Assembly (NCBI GenBank): GCA_965207445.1
Contig: CBDBLX010000002.1
Span: 1,655,849-1,719,848 of the forward strand
Direction: 5' to 3'
From: Nitrosopumilus sp.
GTDB lineage: Archaea; Thermoproteota; Nitrososphaeria; Nitrososphaerales; Nitrosopumilaceae
Length of the DNA stretch: 64,000 bases
In this document: positions 21,794 to 33,099 of the stretch, piece by piece
Numbering within the stretch: position 1 is the first letter of the stretch
How the letters are laid out: each line of letters begins with the position of its first letter
Position numbers and translations under genes: made by a program
The notes under the pieces: model-generated
What the model saw: the letters and a program-made list of their open reading frames with translations, nothing else
The model's database searches: none
Told to the model about the DNA's origin: nothing

Positions 21794-22984
21794 ATGACAA
21801 ATGAAAGTTTACTTACAGCAAGTCTTGAGGAATTTGGACTGAGTAGATACGAGTCAAGGGCATACGTCACGCTAATAACACGAGGTGCAATGACTGCAAG
21901 TGACTTGGCATTTTACTCTGAGATACCAAGAACAAAGATCTATTCAACTATGAAAAAGCTCACTGGTAAAAATTTGGCAATAATGTCAAATAACAAATCT
22001 GCAATGACATGTGAAGCAATTAAACCAGAAGATGCATTTGATGAGATCATACATGAGCAGATTCAAAAAGTCACTATGATGAACACACTAGTAGAAGATC
22101 TCAAAAAAGCAAGCGAGGAGAATAGACGTGCAGGTGACACAGAGGAAAAACGATACACACAGATAGGAACAGGTAGCATATTAAATCAGATGCGCAATAT
22201 GATAAAAGAGGCAAAGATCTCAATTACTATCATATCTGACAGATGGGGCTTAGGACTGCTCGCAGAATGTAGAGAGCAGTTATGGGCAGCACAAAAAAAG
22301 AATGTGACGATCAGGTGCATTATACCATATGAACAAGTATGCACAGATATACACAGAACCATACCAGGTAGCATAGATGTACGGGCTACACATATAGCCG
22401 GAAATTATATCATATTTGATGCAACAGATGTCCTCTTGCTTGATAACACAAATGGAAGTGGATCCGTGTTTCCATCCACAACCACGTTTGCTACAGTACA
22501 GATGGCAGTTTTTGAGGATATGTGGCAGAGATCTATGAAAACACAACCACTAATTGACATGACAGTATTAGAAGCACAAGAGATATGCAAGATAATAGAG
22601 ACGGTAAATGCAACAGGACTTTCATATATACTAAATGAGATAGAAAACAAATCAAACAAAAAAGACAAAAAATATCAAAACTCAGATTTGTACGAGTTGC
22701 TTGAGCGTGATGGAATAGGTTTGGATAAACGTCCACTTTATGATGCAATATCCATGTTTGATGTCATAATGCAGATCACCTGCAATGGACATGTAAGTCT
22801 AGAGAGAAATGACAAAAGTATAACAGTACAGACTCCGCAAAACAATAATATGAATAAATTACCATGGGTTGCAATATTGCAAGGTTATTTACATAAACGG
22901 GGATACAATACAAGGGTAATTCACCAGACAAGCAGTACATCAGATATCAATGAAAAGACACACATACAATTGGGTAAAAAATAA
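21794..22984 (+). CDS. TrmB-family transcriptional regulator
   Basis: FGLSRYESRAYVTL...SEIPRTKIY wHTH plus an effector domain. Confidence 0.9.
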   Translation: MTNESLLTASLEEFGLSRYESRAYVTLITRGAMTASDLAFYSEIPRTKIYSTMKKLTGKNLAIMSNNKSAMTCEAIKPEDAFDEIIHEQIQKVTMMNTLVEDLKKASEENRRAGDTEEKRYTQIGTGSILNQMRNMIKEAKISITIISDRWGLGLLAECREQLWAAQKKNVTIRCIIPYEQVCTDIHRTIPGSIDVRATHIAGNYIIFDATDVLLLDNTNGSGSVFPSTTTFATVQMAVFEDMWQRSMKTQPLIDMTVLEAQEICKIIETVNATGLSYILNEIENKSNKKDKKYQNSDLYELLERDGIGLDKRPLYDAISMFDVIMQITCNGHVSLERNDKSITVQTPQNNNMNKLPWVAILQGYLHKRGYNTRVIHQTSSTSDINEKTHIQLGKK

Positions 22985-23009
22985 AAACTCACGCACATAA
23001 GATAGTTAT

Positions 23010-23486
23010 ATGATACAGCAAAGACTCAAAGAGTTAAGCATCACACTGCCAGACACACCAGCTCCACCTGCAGGCTCATACGTACCGTGTGTTATAGTGG
23101 ACAATATGTTGTACATATCAGGGCAGATCCCACTAAAAGACGGCAAGATCAAGTATACAGGAAAGGTATCTGATTCCAACATTTCAGATGCGCAAGAGTC
23201 AGCACATCTTTGTGCCATAAACATACTTGCCCAAGCAAAAGCAAAACTAAAAGATTTGGAACATATAACAAGGATAGTATCACTTTCAGGTTTTGTGAAC
23301 TCTGAGCCAAACTTTACACAGCATCCAAAAGTAATCAATGCCGCATCAGACATGTTAGTAAATATATTTGGTATGCAAAAAGGAAGTCACAGTAGAATAG
23401 CAATAGGTGTTGCAAGTCTTCCATTAGATGCAATGACGGAGATCGGGGCAGTGATACAAATAAAGGCAAATGTTTTACAGACATAA
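23010..23486 (+). CDS. RidA/YjgF family protein
   Basis: GSYVP, LYISGQIP, HPKVINAASD, HSRIAIGVASLP. Confidence 0.9.
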   Translation: MIQQRLKELSITLPDTPAPPAGSYVPCVIVDNMLYISGQIPLKDGKIKYTGKVSDSNISDAQESAHLCAINILAQAKAKLKDLEHITRIVSLSGFVNSEPNFTQHPKVINAASDMLVNIFGMQKGSHSRIAIGVASLPLDAMTEIGAVIQIKANVLQT

Positions 23487-23503
23487 ATAATGATCATGTT
23501 AAT

Positions 23504-23542
23504 GTAACCATCCAACCATTTACCAAATTTAGACACAGATTC
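23504..23542. mobile_element. Truncated MITE (family A)
   Basis: GTAACCATCCAACC...CAAATTTAGACACAGATTC. Confidence 0.65.
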
Positions 23543-23544
23543 GA

Positions 23545-24165
23545 GCTTGTGAACACGGCCAATGTTTTTCTAAACGTCTTGTAGAAGAATGGTTAGTGGA
23601 ATACAAGTTCAAATATTGGGATCAACATTCAGACGGTCGTCAAGTAACTAGTAAAGAAAAACACAATAAGGCAAACCAAATTGCTACGGATCTTGCATCG
23701 CAATCAAAGTGGTTGACACATGCACGCTCAATCAAAATTGATGATTTGGAAAAATTAGGATTAAAAATTGTGGATTATAGAAAACAGAAAGATTTAAATG
23801 ATGCTATAACTCGTTACTATATGCTGTTAAGAGTTATGTTTAGTCAATCCCCACGGTATAAAATAATTGAAACTGAAAAGTCTGAAATTTATCAATCCGC
23901 CCCTCCAGAATCTGAAATGATGTCACCGCCTTCTAACTTGAAATCATCACTTATGTCAATACCTGAGAGTGCAATTATCACACCAACATGTCCAAAATGT
24001 TCACATGAATTCAAAGTACAGCTTATGTTCAAAAAAGAAGCCAAACTAGATAAGGATGCACTACCGTACCCAATGGATACAGACATGCTTAACTGCCCCA
24101 ATTGCGATCATATGATTAACATGAAATATATGCGAGAGCGTATCGAAAGACAATTAGATGTGTGA
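23545..24165 (+). pseudogene. 5'-truncated SDH/ClpP-like serine protease C-terminal part with Zn ribbon
   Basis: KWLTHARSIKIDDLEKLGLKI; CPKC...CPNC; the frame begins right after the MITE remnant. Confidence 0.5.
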
Positions 24166-24168
24166 GAA

Positions 24169-24393
24169 ATGGCAAGTGATATGGGAGATCTAAAAGTAAC
24201 GATAGTATTTAGATATGGAGATGTAGTGTTAGAGTCATCAGATATAGACTACAAATACATCAATCAGATGATTGAGCAAAGTAGGGATGTCGCAAAGCTT
24301 GCCAAGGTTGTTGCACAGTTACAACCTAAGCCTTTAATGCCGACACGGTACGGTTCCGGTCCAATCTCATCGATTCAAGATAATAGATCATAA
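24169..24393 (+). CDS. Hypothetical protein
   Basis: 74-aa ORF starting 3 nt after the previous stop. Confidence 0.45.
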   Translation: MASDMGDLKVTIVFRYGDVVLESSDIDYKYINQMIEQSRDVAKLAKVVAQLQPKPLMPTRYGSGPISSIQDNRS

Positions 24394-24566
24394 GTCCAAG
24401 AATATCACGTGTGTATCATTTCTATATAGTGAACCTGATTTTAGTTAGATATGAGGTCAAAAAAGATTTGGCATTGTTAGAGATGTCACCATTCTTACGT
24501 CACCGTTTAATGATATCGTGCCGCAACATTATCATAAATAGATCATAAAATAATTTTTGGTAATAC

Positions 24567-24604
24567 GTCAGTAGTTCGCAATATGTTTTATATGATTTAC
24601 TGAC
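24567..24604. mobile_element. 38-bp ISH3-like end/footprint
   Basis: GTCAGTAGTTCGCAATATGTTTTATATGATT matches the left end at 30122 and closes with TACTGAC. Confidence 0.6.
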
Positions 24605-24715
24605 TTATGCTCGTCGCTATAGTTAGTATTTACATATTCATAATAATAATAATAATAGTATTGCATATAATAAAAAATAGAAATAATTTTTATCCCCAAT
24701 GCACAAAATCAATAC

Positions 24716-25093
24716 ATGATTAATATGAAAGATCTACAATCAGAAAAATACATCTCAGTTGGAACATATAGAAAAAACGGCAACATAGTAAATACACCCG
24801 TATGGTTTTTCATCAAAGATCAACGAATATACATAGTCACTAGATCAAAAACAGGCAAAGTAAAGAGACTACAAAACAACAACAAAGTCACAATTGCAAA
24901 GTGTACAATGAGCGGGGAGATTACAGGGCCACGTGCGACAGGAATCGCAAATATCATACACGATTCAACACAAACTAGTGAATTGGTAAAACTTCGCAAC
25001 AAAAAGTATGGCATGAAGGCACGATTTGCAAACTTTATGACAAAGGGCAAGGGTGAACATGTTGTGTTTTCAGTAAAGATAGATGAGAACTGA
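24716..25093 (+). CDS. PPOX-class F420-dependent oxidoreductase
   Basis: KYISVGTYRKNG...TPVWF...TGKVKRLQNN. Confidence 0.88.
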   Translation: MINMKDLQSEKYISVGTYRKNGNIVNTPVWFFIKDQRIYIVTRSKTGKVKRLQNNNKVTIAKCTMSGEITGPRATGIANIIHDSTQTSELVKLRNKKYGMKARFANFMTKGKGEHVVFSVKIDEN

Positions 25094-25107
25094 TCGCATT
25101 GTCGCCA

Positions 25108-26535
25108 TCAAGCAGTTACAATTCTTTTGTTCATCTCAGATACAAATCGTGTGATCTGGGGGAGTGGAATTGTCGCACCACATGCCTTGTCATGTCCACC
25201 ACCAGAACCTCCAAGCTCAGCTGCAAGCGTATTGACAATCTTGCCAAGATGTGCAGCACATTTTTTTGAGCCACGAACAGATACAGCATAAAAATCATCA
25301 TCTTTTTTTGCCTTGTATGCAATACCCACGTCTTTTCCAGACAGTCCAAGTACAAAGTTTACAGCACCGCTAGCGCCTGCATCTGTAATCTCCATATGGG
25401 CCAGATTCTTTTTCTTTTTCATATTAGACTTTACCTTTGCAATTATCTCAGAGAGTTTTTCCACTTGATCACGTGCAAATACAAATGAATTGGTAATTTC
25501 ATGAGGGAATTTTGACGATACAAGTGCATCAACAAGTGACATTAAATAATCATTTTCTTTTTGATGTCCTACAATGTTATATGTTAGAACAGTTGCACTA
25601 ATTAGTGTAAACTGCCTGTCATAAACTTGCAAAAGATTAGATGCAACAGGTCTATCTTCCATATAATCTGTGATTGCAGCACATGCAGCAATAAAGGTTG
25701 CATGATCATTTAATTTTGATTTAAAGGTTTCATAGACCAAAACACTAGCACACTCGTTTGTGTCATGAATCAATTTGACACCAAGGCTCGCAATCTTTTT
25801 TGCAATGTCAGGATCAATTGTATGATGATCAATATACGTGACAGATATACGACGTTTGCGCAACGTATCCATAATTGAAACAAAATCATCTTGATTCTTT
25901 TTACTTAATCCCAAGTCACATATAAACAACTTTTTTAATCTTTTATCAGAAGCAATATCTTTGAGCATCAACATTTGAGTAGGGTAATCAGTCAATACAG
26001 TATCACCACCATGTGCCTGTTTTATCAATGCAGCAGCACTTATGCCATCAAGGTCTTCTTTATGAGACAAGCAGACAACCCAATCTTGTTTTGGCGTAGT
26101 TGTGTTACGTATAGTTGTTTTACGTGTAGTTGTTTTAGTGGCATTTGTAGTTGCAGTAGTGGTAGTAGTAGTCTTGGGTACTTTTTTGGAGTCTTTTTGT
26201 ACATTTGTTGACCTTTTAGATGTTTTGTTTGTGTTAGTCGTTTTTTTGGGTGTAGATGTAGTCTTTGCAGTGGGTGGTTTTTTAGATGCACTAGTCGTTT
26301 TTTTGGGTGTAGATGTAGTCTTTGCAGTGGGTGGTTTTTTAGATGCACTAGTCGTTTTTTTGGGTGTAGATGTAGTCTTTGCAGTGGGTGGTTTTTTAGA
26401 TGCACTAGTCGTTTTTTTGGGTGTAGATGTAGTCTTTGCAGTGGGTGGTTTTTTAGATGACTTTTTACTATTGCGTAAAGTAGACGAACTGGTGTTTGGT
26501 AATTTTTTATCACTAGTGCTGTTTGTCATACACAA
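25108..26535 (-). CDS. DHH/DHHA1 phosphoesterase with repetitive Lys/Thr-rich N-terminal tail
   Basis: HKEDLDG, CDLG, IDHH, GGGHDKACG. Confidence 0.9.
   Translation of the reverse strand: MCMTNSTSDKKLPNTSSSTLRNSKKSSKKPPTAKTTSTPKKTTSASKKPPTAKTTSTPKKTTSASKKPPTAKTTSTPKKTTSASKKPPTAKTTSTPKKTTNTNKTSKRSTNVQKDSKKVPKTTTTTTATTNATKTTTRKTTIRNTTTPKQDWVVCLSHKEDLDGISAAALIKQAHGGDTVLTDYPTQMLMLKDIASDKRLKKLFICDLGLSKKNQDDFVSIMDTLRKRRISVTYIDHHTIDPDIAKKIASLGVKLIHDTNECASVLVYETFKSKLNDHATFIAACAAITDYMEDRPVASNLLQVYDRQFTLISATVLTYNIVGHQKENDYLMSLVDALVSSKFPHEITNSFVFARDQVEKLSEIIAKVKSNMKKKKNLAHMEITDAGASGAVNFVLGLSGKDVGIAYKAKKDDDFYAVSVRGSKKCAAHLGKIVNTLAAELGGSGGGHDKACGATIPLPQITRFVSEMNKRIVTA
26234..26457. repeat. 60-bp tandem repeat, ~3.7 copies (SKKPPTAKTTSTPKKTTSA)
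   Basis: Identical units at 60-nt period. Confidence 0.95.
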
Positions 26536-26955
26536 AAGTAAAAATTCCTTAATTTAAATGAAGAAAAGCAGTTCAATGAAACTACGCAATTACACATCAC
26601 ATAGAGTACACATAACAAAAGCAAAATCCATCTTAAGCTTGTTTACTTTGTATTTTTAATGCAAATTGTATACAAGTATTTTAATTTATAAAAAATTAAA
26701 ATTAGAACAGAGAACAAAAATATGACCATAATTTACTAGTTTTATTATAATTATTTTTAAATTTAGATTACATATATAGGCAATCTCAAAGTATCTTTAA
26801 TATTATAACAATAATTATTACGCAAACAAGATAAAATGTAAAGTTATAGTGAATGTGATGAAAAACGTTGTAACAACCCAACGTCTTTTTTAAAAATCGT
26901 ACAGAAAAATACTAACCTTAAAGCATAATAAATAGACGAGCATGATGCACAATGT

Positions 26956-28119
26956 ATGAAGACTAAAAATATTGGACTTCGAGGAATAGAAGTAGCAGAT
27001 ACACGAATATCCAATATAGATGGTGAGAATGGTAGACTGATATACCGAGGATTCGACATAGTGGATCTTGTTAAAAATTCCACATTTGAAGAAACAGCAT
27101 ACTTGCTGATTTATGATGGACTTCCTACAAATAATCAACTCAGAGAATTCAAGTCCAAATTGGCAGATGCAAGAAACATACCAAAACAGATGGTTCGAAA
27201 TATGTCAAATTGGAGAAAAGATGCAGATCCCATGGACATGCTACAAGCATTTGTTGCAGCACTTGCAGGTTATTACGATGAAGAGTTTTCAACAAAAGAA
27301 GCAAGTTATGATAGAGCAATTAATCTAGTTGCAAAGGTGCCGACCATAGTAGCAAGTTGGCAGCGACTCAGAGCTGGACTAGATGTAATTGAACCGGATT
27401 CATCACTGACACATGCAGGGAATTTTCTATATATGATGTCAGGGCAAAAACCAGATGCAGAAGTAGAAAAAATATTTGATACATGCCTCATATTACACGA
27501 AGATCATACATTCAATGCATCAACATTTACAGCAAGACAGGTTGCATCAACTAGAGCACACATGTATTCTGCCACAAGTGCAGCAATTGGATCTCTTAGT
27601 GGAGAGCTACATGGAGGAGCAAATACAGAAGTAATGAAGATGTTACTTGAGATCAAAGATATCGATAAAGTAGAGTCATGGATAAAAGAGAGGATAAAAG
27701 ATGGGGAGAGAATAATGGGAATGGGACATGCAGTATACAAGACATATGATCCAAGAGCTCAAGTCTTAAAAGAGATGTCAAGACAACTTGCAAAAAAGAC
27801 AGGAGAGAGGTGGTTTGAGATGACAGAGAAAGTGGAGACAGTCACGATAGATGAAATAAAGTTGCAAAAGAACAGAGACATTTACCCAAACGTCGATCTG
27901 TACAGTGCATCAATATACTATATGTTAAAAATACCAGTAGACCTAAACACGCCAATATTTGCAATCTCTCGCGCAGTTGGTTGGGCAGCACACATAATAG
28001 AAGAAAAGTTTGCAGAAGCCGCACCTCGCCCTGCGCTTTACAGACCAAAAGCAGTCTATGTTGGAAAGTATTGTGGTCCAGAAGGATGTGAGTACAAAAC
28101 AATCGATCTGCGGAACTGA
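26956..28119 (+). CDS. gltA: Citrate synthase
   Basis: LIYRG, DHTFNAST, LHGGAN, MGMGHAVYKTYDPR, PNVD. Confidence 0.96.
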   Translation: MKTKNIGLRGIEVADTRISNIDGENGRLIYRGFDIVDLVKNSTFEETAYLLIYDGLPTNNQLREFKSKLADARNIPKQMVRNMSNWRKDADPMDMLQAFVAALAGYYDEEFSTKEASYDRAINLVAKVPTIVASWQRLRAGLDVIEPDSSLTHAGNFLYMMSGQKPDAEVEKIFDTCLILHEDHTFNASTFTARQVASTRAHMYSATSAAIGSLSGELHGGANTEVMKMLLEIKDIDKVESWIKERIKDGERIMGMGHAVYKTYDPRAQVLKEMSRQLAKKTGERWFEMTEKVETVTIDEIKLQKNRDIYPNVDLYSASIYYMLKIPVDLNTPIFAISRAVGWAAHIIEEKFAEAAPRPALYRPKAVYVGKYCGPEGCEYKTIDLRN

Positions 28120-28434
28120 TCTAGTTGTAACGTTGACACTATTATTTTGATTTTTAATTTAATTATAGGTATGCAGCATATTGACATTTTACATGATCTT
28201 TTTATGTTTGTCAATAAACGGGTCTTCTGCGTTAATCGTTGGTAACTGAAATCTGGCAAGTTCCGTAGGTATGCGCATGGCGTGGTTGAATAAACTTTTT
28301 AAAAATTCACAATTTAAAATCTCACATAATGTATAATTCTAGTGAACATTTTCTCAAAATATGGGTGTGTTGATATAGTTTTTGAACATGAACATTAAGT
28401 ATACACGTCGTGAGATCTCATTGATGAATTAAAA

Positions 28435-29143
28435 ATGAGATCAAAGAGTGTACAACAAAAGATTACTGATTATGAATTTAACCCTGGTGGTGTTCAAGAT
28501 TCAAATGATTTGGGACAAAAACGCCCAAAGTTAGATCGTCTTAAACGATTTAGAGGATGGTTTACACTAAAACGTGACAGGACAGTAAGGCTAGCAACAT
28601 GGATGCAAAAACGTGTCTCATGGAACAAGGGCGCAACAAAACAAGGTCAAAAAGCCATGCATATACTGGAAAAACCAGATAATATAACGTGCATTAAACC
28701 TGGTCATTATACAGTCAAATCGCAGTCCCAACCAGGTCTGTGGTATGATGTTATCCGGAAATCTACCGGAAGATATGAGTATAACTGCTTTGATTACGAA
28801 TACAGAAAAGCTAAATGTAAACACATTTTGGCGGTGACGGCACATGTAGTGGACAATGAAGCAGAAGCAGCAGAATAAGCAAAACTCATGACAAGGGAAA
28901 CAACAATGTCATTGAAAGTTTTAACAATATACAGCGAATCTGTTACAATCCTCGACGCGGAATCAAAAGCACAAAATCTGCCATAACCATGGGCTTTAGT
29001 GTGTGGTACAACTATGTACGTTCACATGGACCGTTAGGATGTACACCTGCAGAAGCAGCAGGAATAACAATACACGGCAATAACAAATGGATTACACTCA
29101 TCGGCAATGCTGGCGTGGCAGCCATGGGAGGAGCAGTGGACTG
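28435..29143 (+). pseudogene. Internally deleted SWIM-finger/DDE (IS6-like) transposase
   Basis: YTVKSQS..CFDYEYRKAKCKHI N-terminus. A C-terminal YNYVRSHGPLGCTPAEAAGITIHGNNKWITLIGNA lies in another frame. The catalytic core is missing. Confidence 0.7.
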
Positions 29144-29151
29144 AGTCTGCA

Positions 29152-29261
29152 TACTGATATGATTAAAGATCCGATATTTTGATTGATATTCATCACGAAG
29201 TTGAGCACATATTATGAATACAAAATATTAGAAAACTATCGGATCTTTAATGAAACTATTA
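29152..29261. mobile_element. 110-bp MITE (family B), inverted
   Basis: Reverse complement of 12964-13073. Confidence 0.9.
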
Positions 29262-29390
29262 TGCTTTAGAGTCATTTGTAGCCCAGTCTTCGTGTGTCCT
29301 TTTCACGTACAGTGATGGAAACCTGACTGTCCCGTGTTCTGAGACGCACTTTACAAAGCCCATCCCCATGTCCAATCCTACGTTTAGCAT
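29262..29390 (-). pseudogene. 5' fragment of a ParM/StbA-like actin-fold ATPase
   Basis: MLNVGLDMGMGFVKCVSEHGTVRFPSLY: phosphate-1 motif GxDxGxxxxK followed by FPS. Confidence 0.6.
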
Positions 29391-29627
29391 GGCATCAGAT
29401 ATTTCATTTGCATATAAGGGAGATTCATGTTATAATGGTAATGTCGCATGAAATTTCGTGCGCCACCATGTACCCGATCTCAAAAGAACTGCCATTCAAG
29501 CCCGAACATTTCGAGATGCTAAAACGTAAGGTATATCAAGTACTGCACCATAGTAATTTTGGTAAAGGAGGGCCGTCGGAGCTCGTTGGGGTCAATCTTG
29601 ATTTCACCTTTCCGCAGTTCATATCCA

Positions 29628-29737
29628 TAATAGTTTCATTAAAGATCCGATAGTTTTCTAATATTTTGTATTCATAATATGTGCTCAACTTCGAGATAAA
29701 TATCAATCAAAATATCGGATCTTTAATCATATCAGTA
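29628..29737. mobile_element. 110-bp MITE (family B)
   Basis: Near-identical to 12964-13073 and 58646-58755. Confidence 0.9.
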
Positions 29738-29898
29738 TGCATAACCTTGCCATGTGAATCCAAGGGTCTTGAGCCAGTCATGCAACGACGGTGATATTAC
29801 GGGACGCATCAATGTCGCACAAGTGACAATGGTAGCAACGTGCAAGTTACCAACGATTAACGCAGAAGACCCACCAGCACCATAATCATGAACCTTAT

Positions 29899-30114
29899 AT
29901 GAGGGTAGGTCGCAGTGATCGCATGCCGAAAATGGGTTGCTGTTCATGTGGAATCGAAATCCAGTCGAGCCTAGTGTGCGACTTCTGTTATGGGCACATG
30001 TGCACGGGCTGCGACACAAAGGCAAAGAGCGAGGGCATAGACGTCCATTACTGCTCGGCGTGCATCCGTACGGCCAAATGCTCCGGAGAGAACCTTCCCC
30101 CGAGGTTTGTATGA
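29899..30114 (+). CDS. Small Cys-rich zinc-finger protein
   Basis: CCSC, CDFC, CTGC, CSAC (four CxxC pairs). Confidence 0.55.
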   Translation: MRVGRSDRMPKMGCCSCGIEIQSSLVCDFCYGHMCTGCDTKAKSEGIDVHYCSACIRTAKCSGENLPPRFV

Positions 30115-30123
30115 CATACATGT

Positions 30124-31509
30124 CAGTAGTTCGCAATGTGTTTTATATGATTTTATTTGAATAATCTACAATGTCATTGAACGTTGATGATCATACTTGA
30201 TCAGATCAAATAAAAAGTGTAACATATGGGAATATTTTAGTACATCTAATTGTATATGAAAAATGAGGTACTAGAACATCAATATGAATTAGGACAAGTA
30301 AATTATAAAGATTTGCGAAAACAATTAGTCGATCTTGGACTAGACATATCAACCAGATATAACAGCAAATATGGTGCGGATGATTATCTTGGGACACTTG
30401 CTACCATGTCACTTGACAACATGTGCGTAAATGCAGCAACACACAAAAGAAAACGCAATGAGGCCAACTATTTTAGAAAAAGCGATCTCATAAACATACC
30501 ATCTGAAAATACTGTGTCCAAATGCCTAAAGAGTGCAGATCTAGAGTACGTGAAAGTGAAGGTGACAAGAATGTCAAAACTGTTTAACAATGCCAGAAAA
30601 CACAACATGCTCAAAAAAGGCAAGCATTATTGCAATTGATGAGCGGATGGGAATATTATGGCAAGGAACTTAAACCTGAGATGCTAAAAACAAAGCCCAA
30701 AAATGACACTGCGCGATTTCATTCAGTTATGACAGCACAAATGGTAAATCAAGACAGGTAACATACCTTTGTTTGCACATCGTGTGCAATAATGATAAAA
30801 TGGCCACAATCATGCGTAAAATTATTGAAAAATTAATTCGCGAGGATGTGTGTCCAGAACTTGGTCTCCTTGATCGAGGTTTTTACAACGTTGCATGCAT
30901 AGATGAACTTTTGCGCTTGCGCCTGTCTTTCATAATGCCGGCAATCAAAAATAAGCGCATATAAAAGTACAGTTTAAAAGTTCACAACAAAAAGAGAAAA
31001 ACTGCACAAGTCATTGAGATGCGTGATAAAAACAAAAAAGCAGTAAAGTTCACTCTACTTGTCGTCAAAAAAAACAATGCCAAAAAAACTGATGACATAG
31101 TTGATCAGTATGTAGCATTTGCCACAAATATGAAAATCACTAGCAAAAGCAAACTCATCAAAACCATCCCAGAGACTTATCGCAAGCGCTAGATAATAGA
31201 GACTGGATATATGGTGATAAAAAACACGACTCCAAAGACAACTAGCAACGCCTTGCATCTTCGATTACTGTTGATATTTTTTGGAATGTTGTTATATGGT
31301 TTATGGGTAATGGCAAGGTACGAAAATTACGGCGGACTTGCAGGTGGAAAATTATTCACAATGGGTGCGTTTCTGGATTCAATTGCCGGATCAATCAGAA
31401 GACTGCTTCGGTGGGAATTGGAGCACGGTGGTTCCTTGTCATTGCAAATATGCCGCACTGCATAATCAAAAATAAGATCATTAAAAATTGAGTATATTGC
31501 GAACTACTG
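30124..31509 (+). mobile_element. Decayed ISH3-family IS
   Basis: TIR CAGTAGTTCGCAAT; transposase fragments LLDRGFY, FIMPA, YRKR*IIETGY. Confidence 0.85.
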
Positions 31510-31510
31510 A

Positions 31511-31774
31511 CGTTGCCGCACGACATGTCACGATATAACCAAATAACAAAAATTCACTCATCTCCATGGCCAACTTACATAATCATCTAGTCACAACACC
31601 TAAAATTTTACATCATATCAACTGCTAAAATTTACATAACTCACAATTCGGACTATCATACCCATCACCTTACATCTAGATATAATCAATTCTGGATTAC
31701 CTCTATGATATCATTAATTGACCCGTGCAGGTGTGCCGGTTTATGATCATCAATAATTAGACCTGAACGCTTAC
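31511..31774. mobile_element. Isolated end of the IS66-like element 45980-48529
   Basis: Inverted, diverged copy of 45980-46245 including the 34-bp TIR; truncated at the ISH3 end. Confidence 0.85.
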
Positions 31775-31835
31775 GTTATGCAACACGCTAGATCTAACCT
31801 TAAATCTATATTGGTGATTCGTGTAACATATACTA

Positions 31836-32807
31836 ATGTTAGTCGAAAAAACCTATCGAACCGAATGTGACCGGAACATTCAAGAAATAATTCGTGTCAC
31901 TATGCCTCACAATGTCACACGTAACATCATTACTAAAAAGGAAATACTAAAGATCATATTCTCTGCAAAAGAAATGCTAACAGAGCAAAACCCATACAAA
32001 CAAAGCCTAGCATTCTATTGGTATCGTGATGGTCCATATTCTGAGGTTATAGAAGATAACTTACAGATGCTAGTAGATGAGAAAAAGATCATACGGAGTA
32101 AAACTAATCAATGGGAGACATATAGACTGGCTCCAGAACACAACGAGCGCCCAATTGTTCAACCGTATGATGATTTTATAAGAGAGATAGTCGATGCAAT
32201 CCGACATGTGAAAAATAAATTTACTGATGTGCATGAGATAGTACAACACATATACAAAACTGCCGCTCCTACTCCATGGTATGTGTCATACAAGCTAGAG
32301 TTTATGCCCAAATTCGAGTCTCACTGTAAGGATATAAAAAAAAATAGAAAATCATTGTATACGCCTGAACAACTATTAGATCTGTTCGATGATGCCGTCT
32401 TGGATGTTCCTATGGACCCAAAATTTATTGGAATTAGACTGGTCTTTATGGACTATTCAAAAATTTTGAATGCGTTTTTGCGTTGGGATGAATATACATC
32501 ACACATTGATCTATTAGATGAATTGTTGGAAATATGTCAGAATATATGGAATGTATTTGCGTATGGAATGAGGGCATACAATCATGATGGTTATTATGAG
32601 CCACATGCAGATGAATGGAGGCTCAAGTATGAAGAAGAGGTCCGTGCACTAGATCGCATTATAATTGAGCGCGTGAAAAAATATGATAGTATTGTTGTAG
32701 ATGATGACCTGTATATACCACCTGATGTGGAAGACATGATACTACATCCCGAACGGCATGCTTTCAAACCATTGGAGGCAACTTTCTTTGCAGATAACAA
32801 ACGATGA
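31836..32807 (+). CDS. Large SocA/Panacea-like putative antitoxin
   Basis: KIIF...FYWYRDGPYSEVI motif; overlaps the downstream RelE-like gene. Confidence 0.55.
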   Translation: MLVEKTYRTECDRNIQEIIRVTMPHNVTRNIITKKEILKIIFSAKEMLTEQNPYKQSLAFYWYRDGPYSEVIEDNLQMLVDEKKIIRSKTNQWETYRLAPEHNERPIVQPYDDFIREIVDAIRHVKNKFTDVHEIVQHIYKTAAPTPWYVSYKLEFMPKFESHCKDIKKNRKSLYTPEQLLDLFDDAVLDVPMDPKFIGIRLVFMDYSKILNAFLRWDEYTSHIDLLDELLEICQNIWNVFAYGMRAYNHDGYYEPHADEWRLKYEEEVRALDRIIIERVKKYDSIVVDDDLYIPPDVEDMILHPERHAFKPLEATFFADNKR

Positions 32808-33099
32808 TTGGTTTACAGAAAATAAATGGACCATAGAACGTAGTGGTAAATTTAAAAAAAGTAGCGAAAAATATCTACGCAATGTAAAAATTTCTAAAAA
32901 AATACAAGAATGTATTGATTCACTTTCACGTCTAAGGGAACCTAGACGAGGAGGTGAACGCAAAAAAGGCAAGGTAGAAGGCGCGTATGCTATCAATATT
33001 TCAAAATCTGTACGACTATTGTATGTAGTTAATGATACAACACATACAATTTATCTACTCGACATAGGTGTTCATAAAAAAGTATATGGGAATGATTAG
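32788..33099 (+). CDS. RelE/ParE-family toxin
   Basis: KFKKS...VRLLYVV...IYLLDIGVHKKVY; basic, ~100 aa; TTG start assumed. Confidence 0.75.
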   Translation: MQITNDDWFTENKWTIERSGKFKKSSEKYLRNVKISKKIQECIDSLSRLREPRRGGERKKGKVEGAYAINISKSVRLLYVVNDTTHTIYLLDIGVHKKVYGND

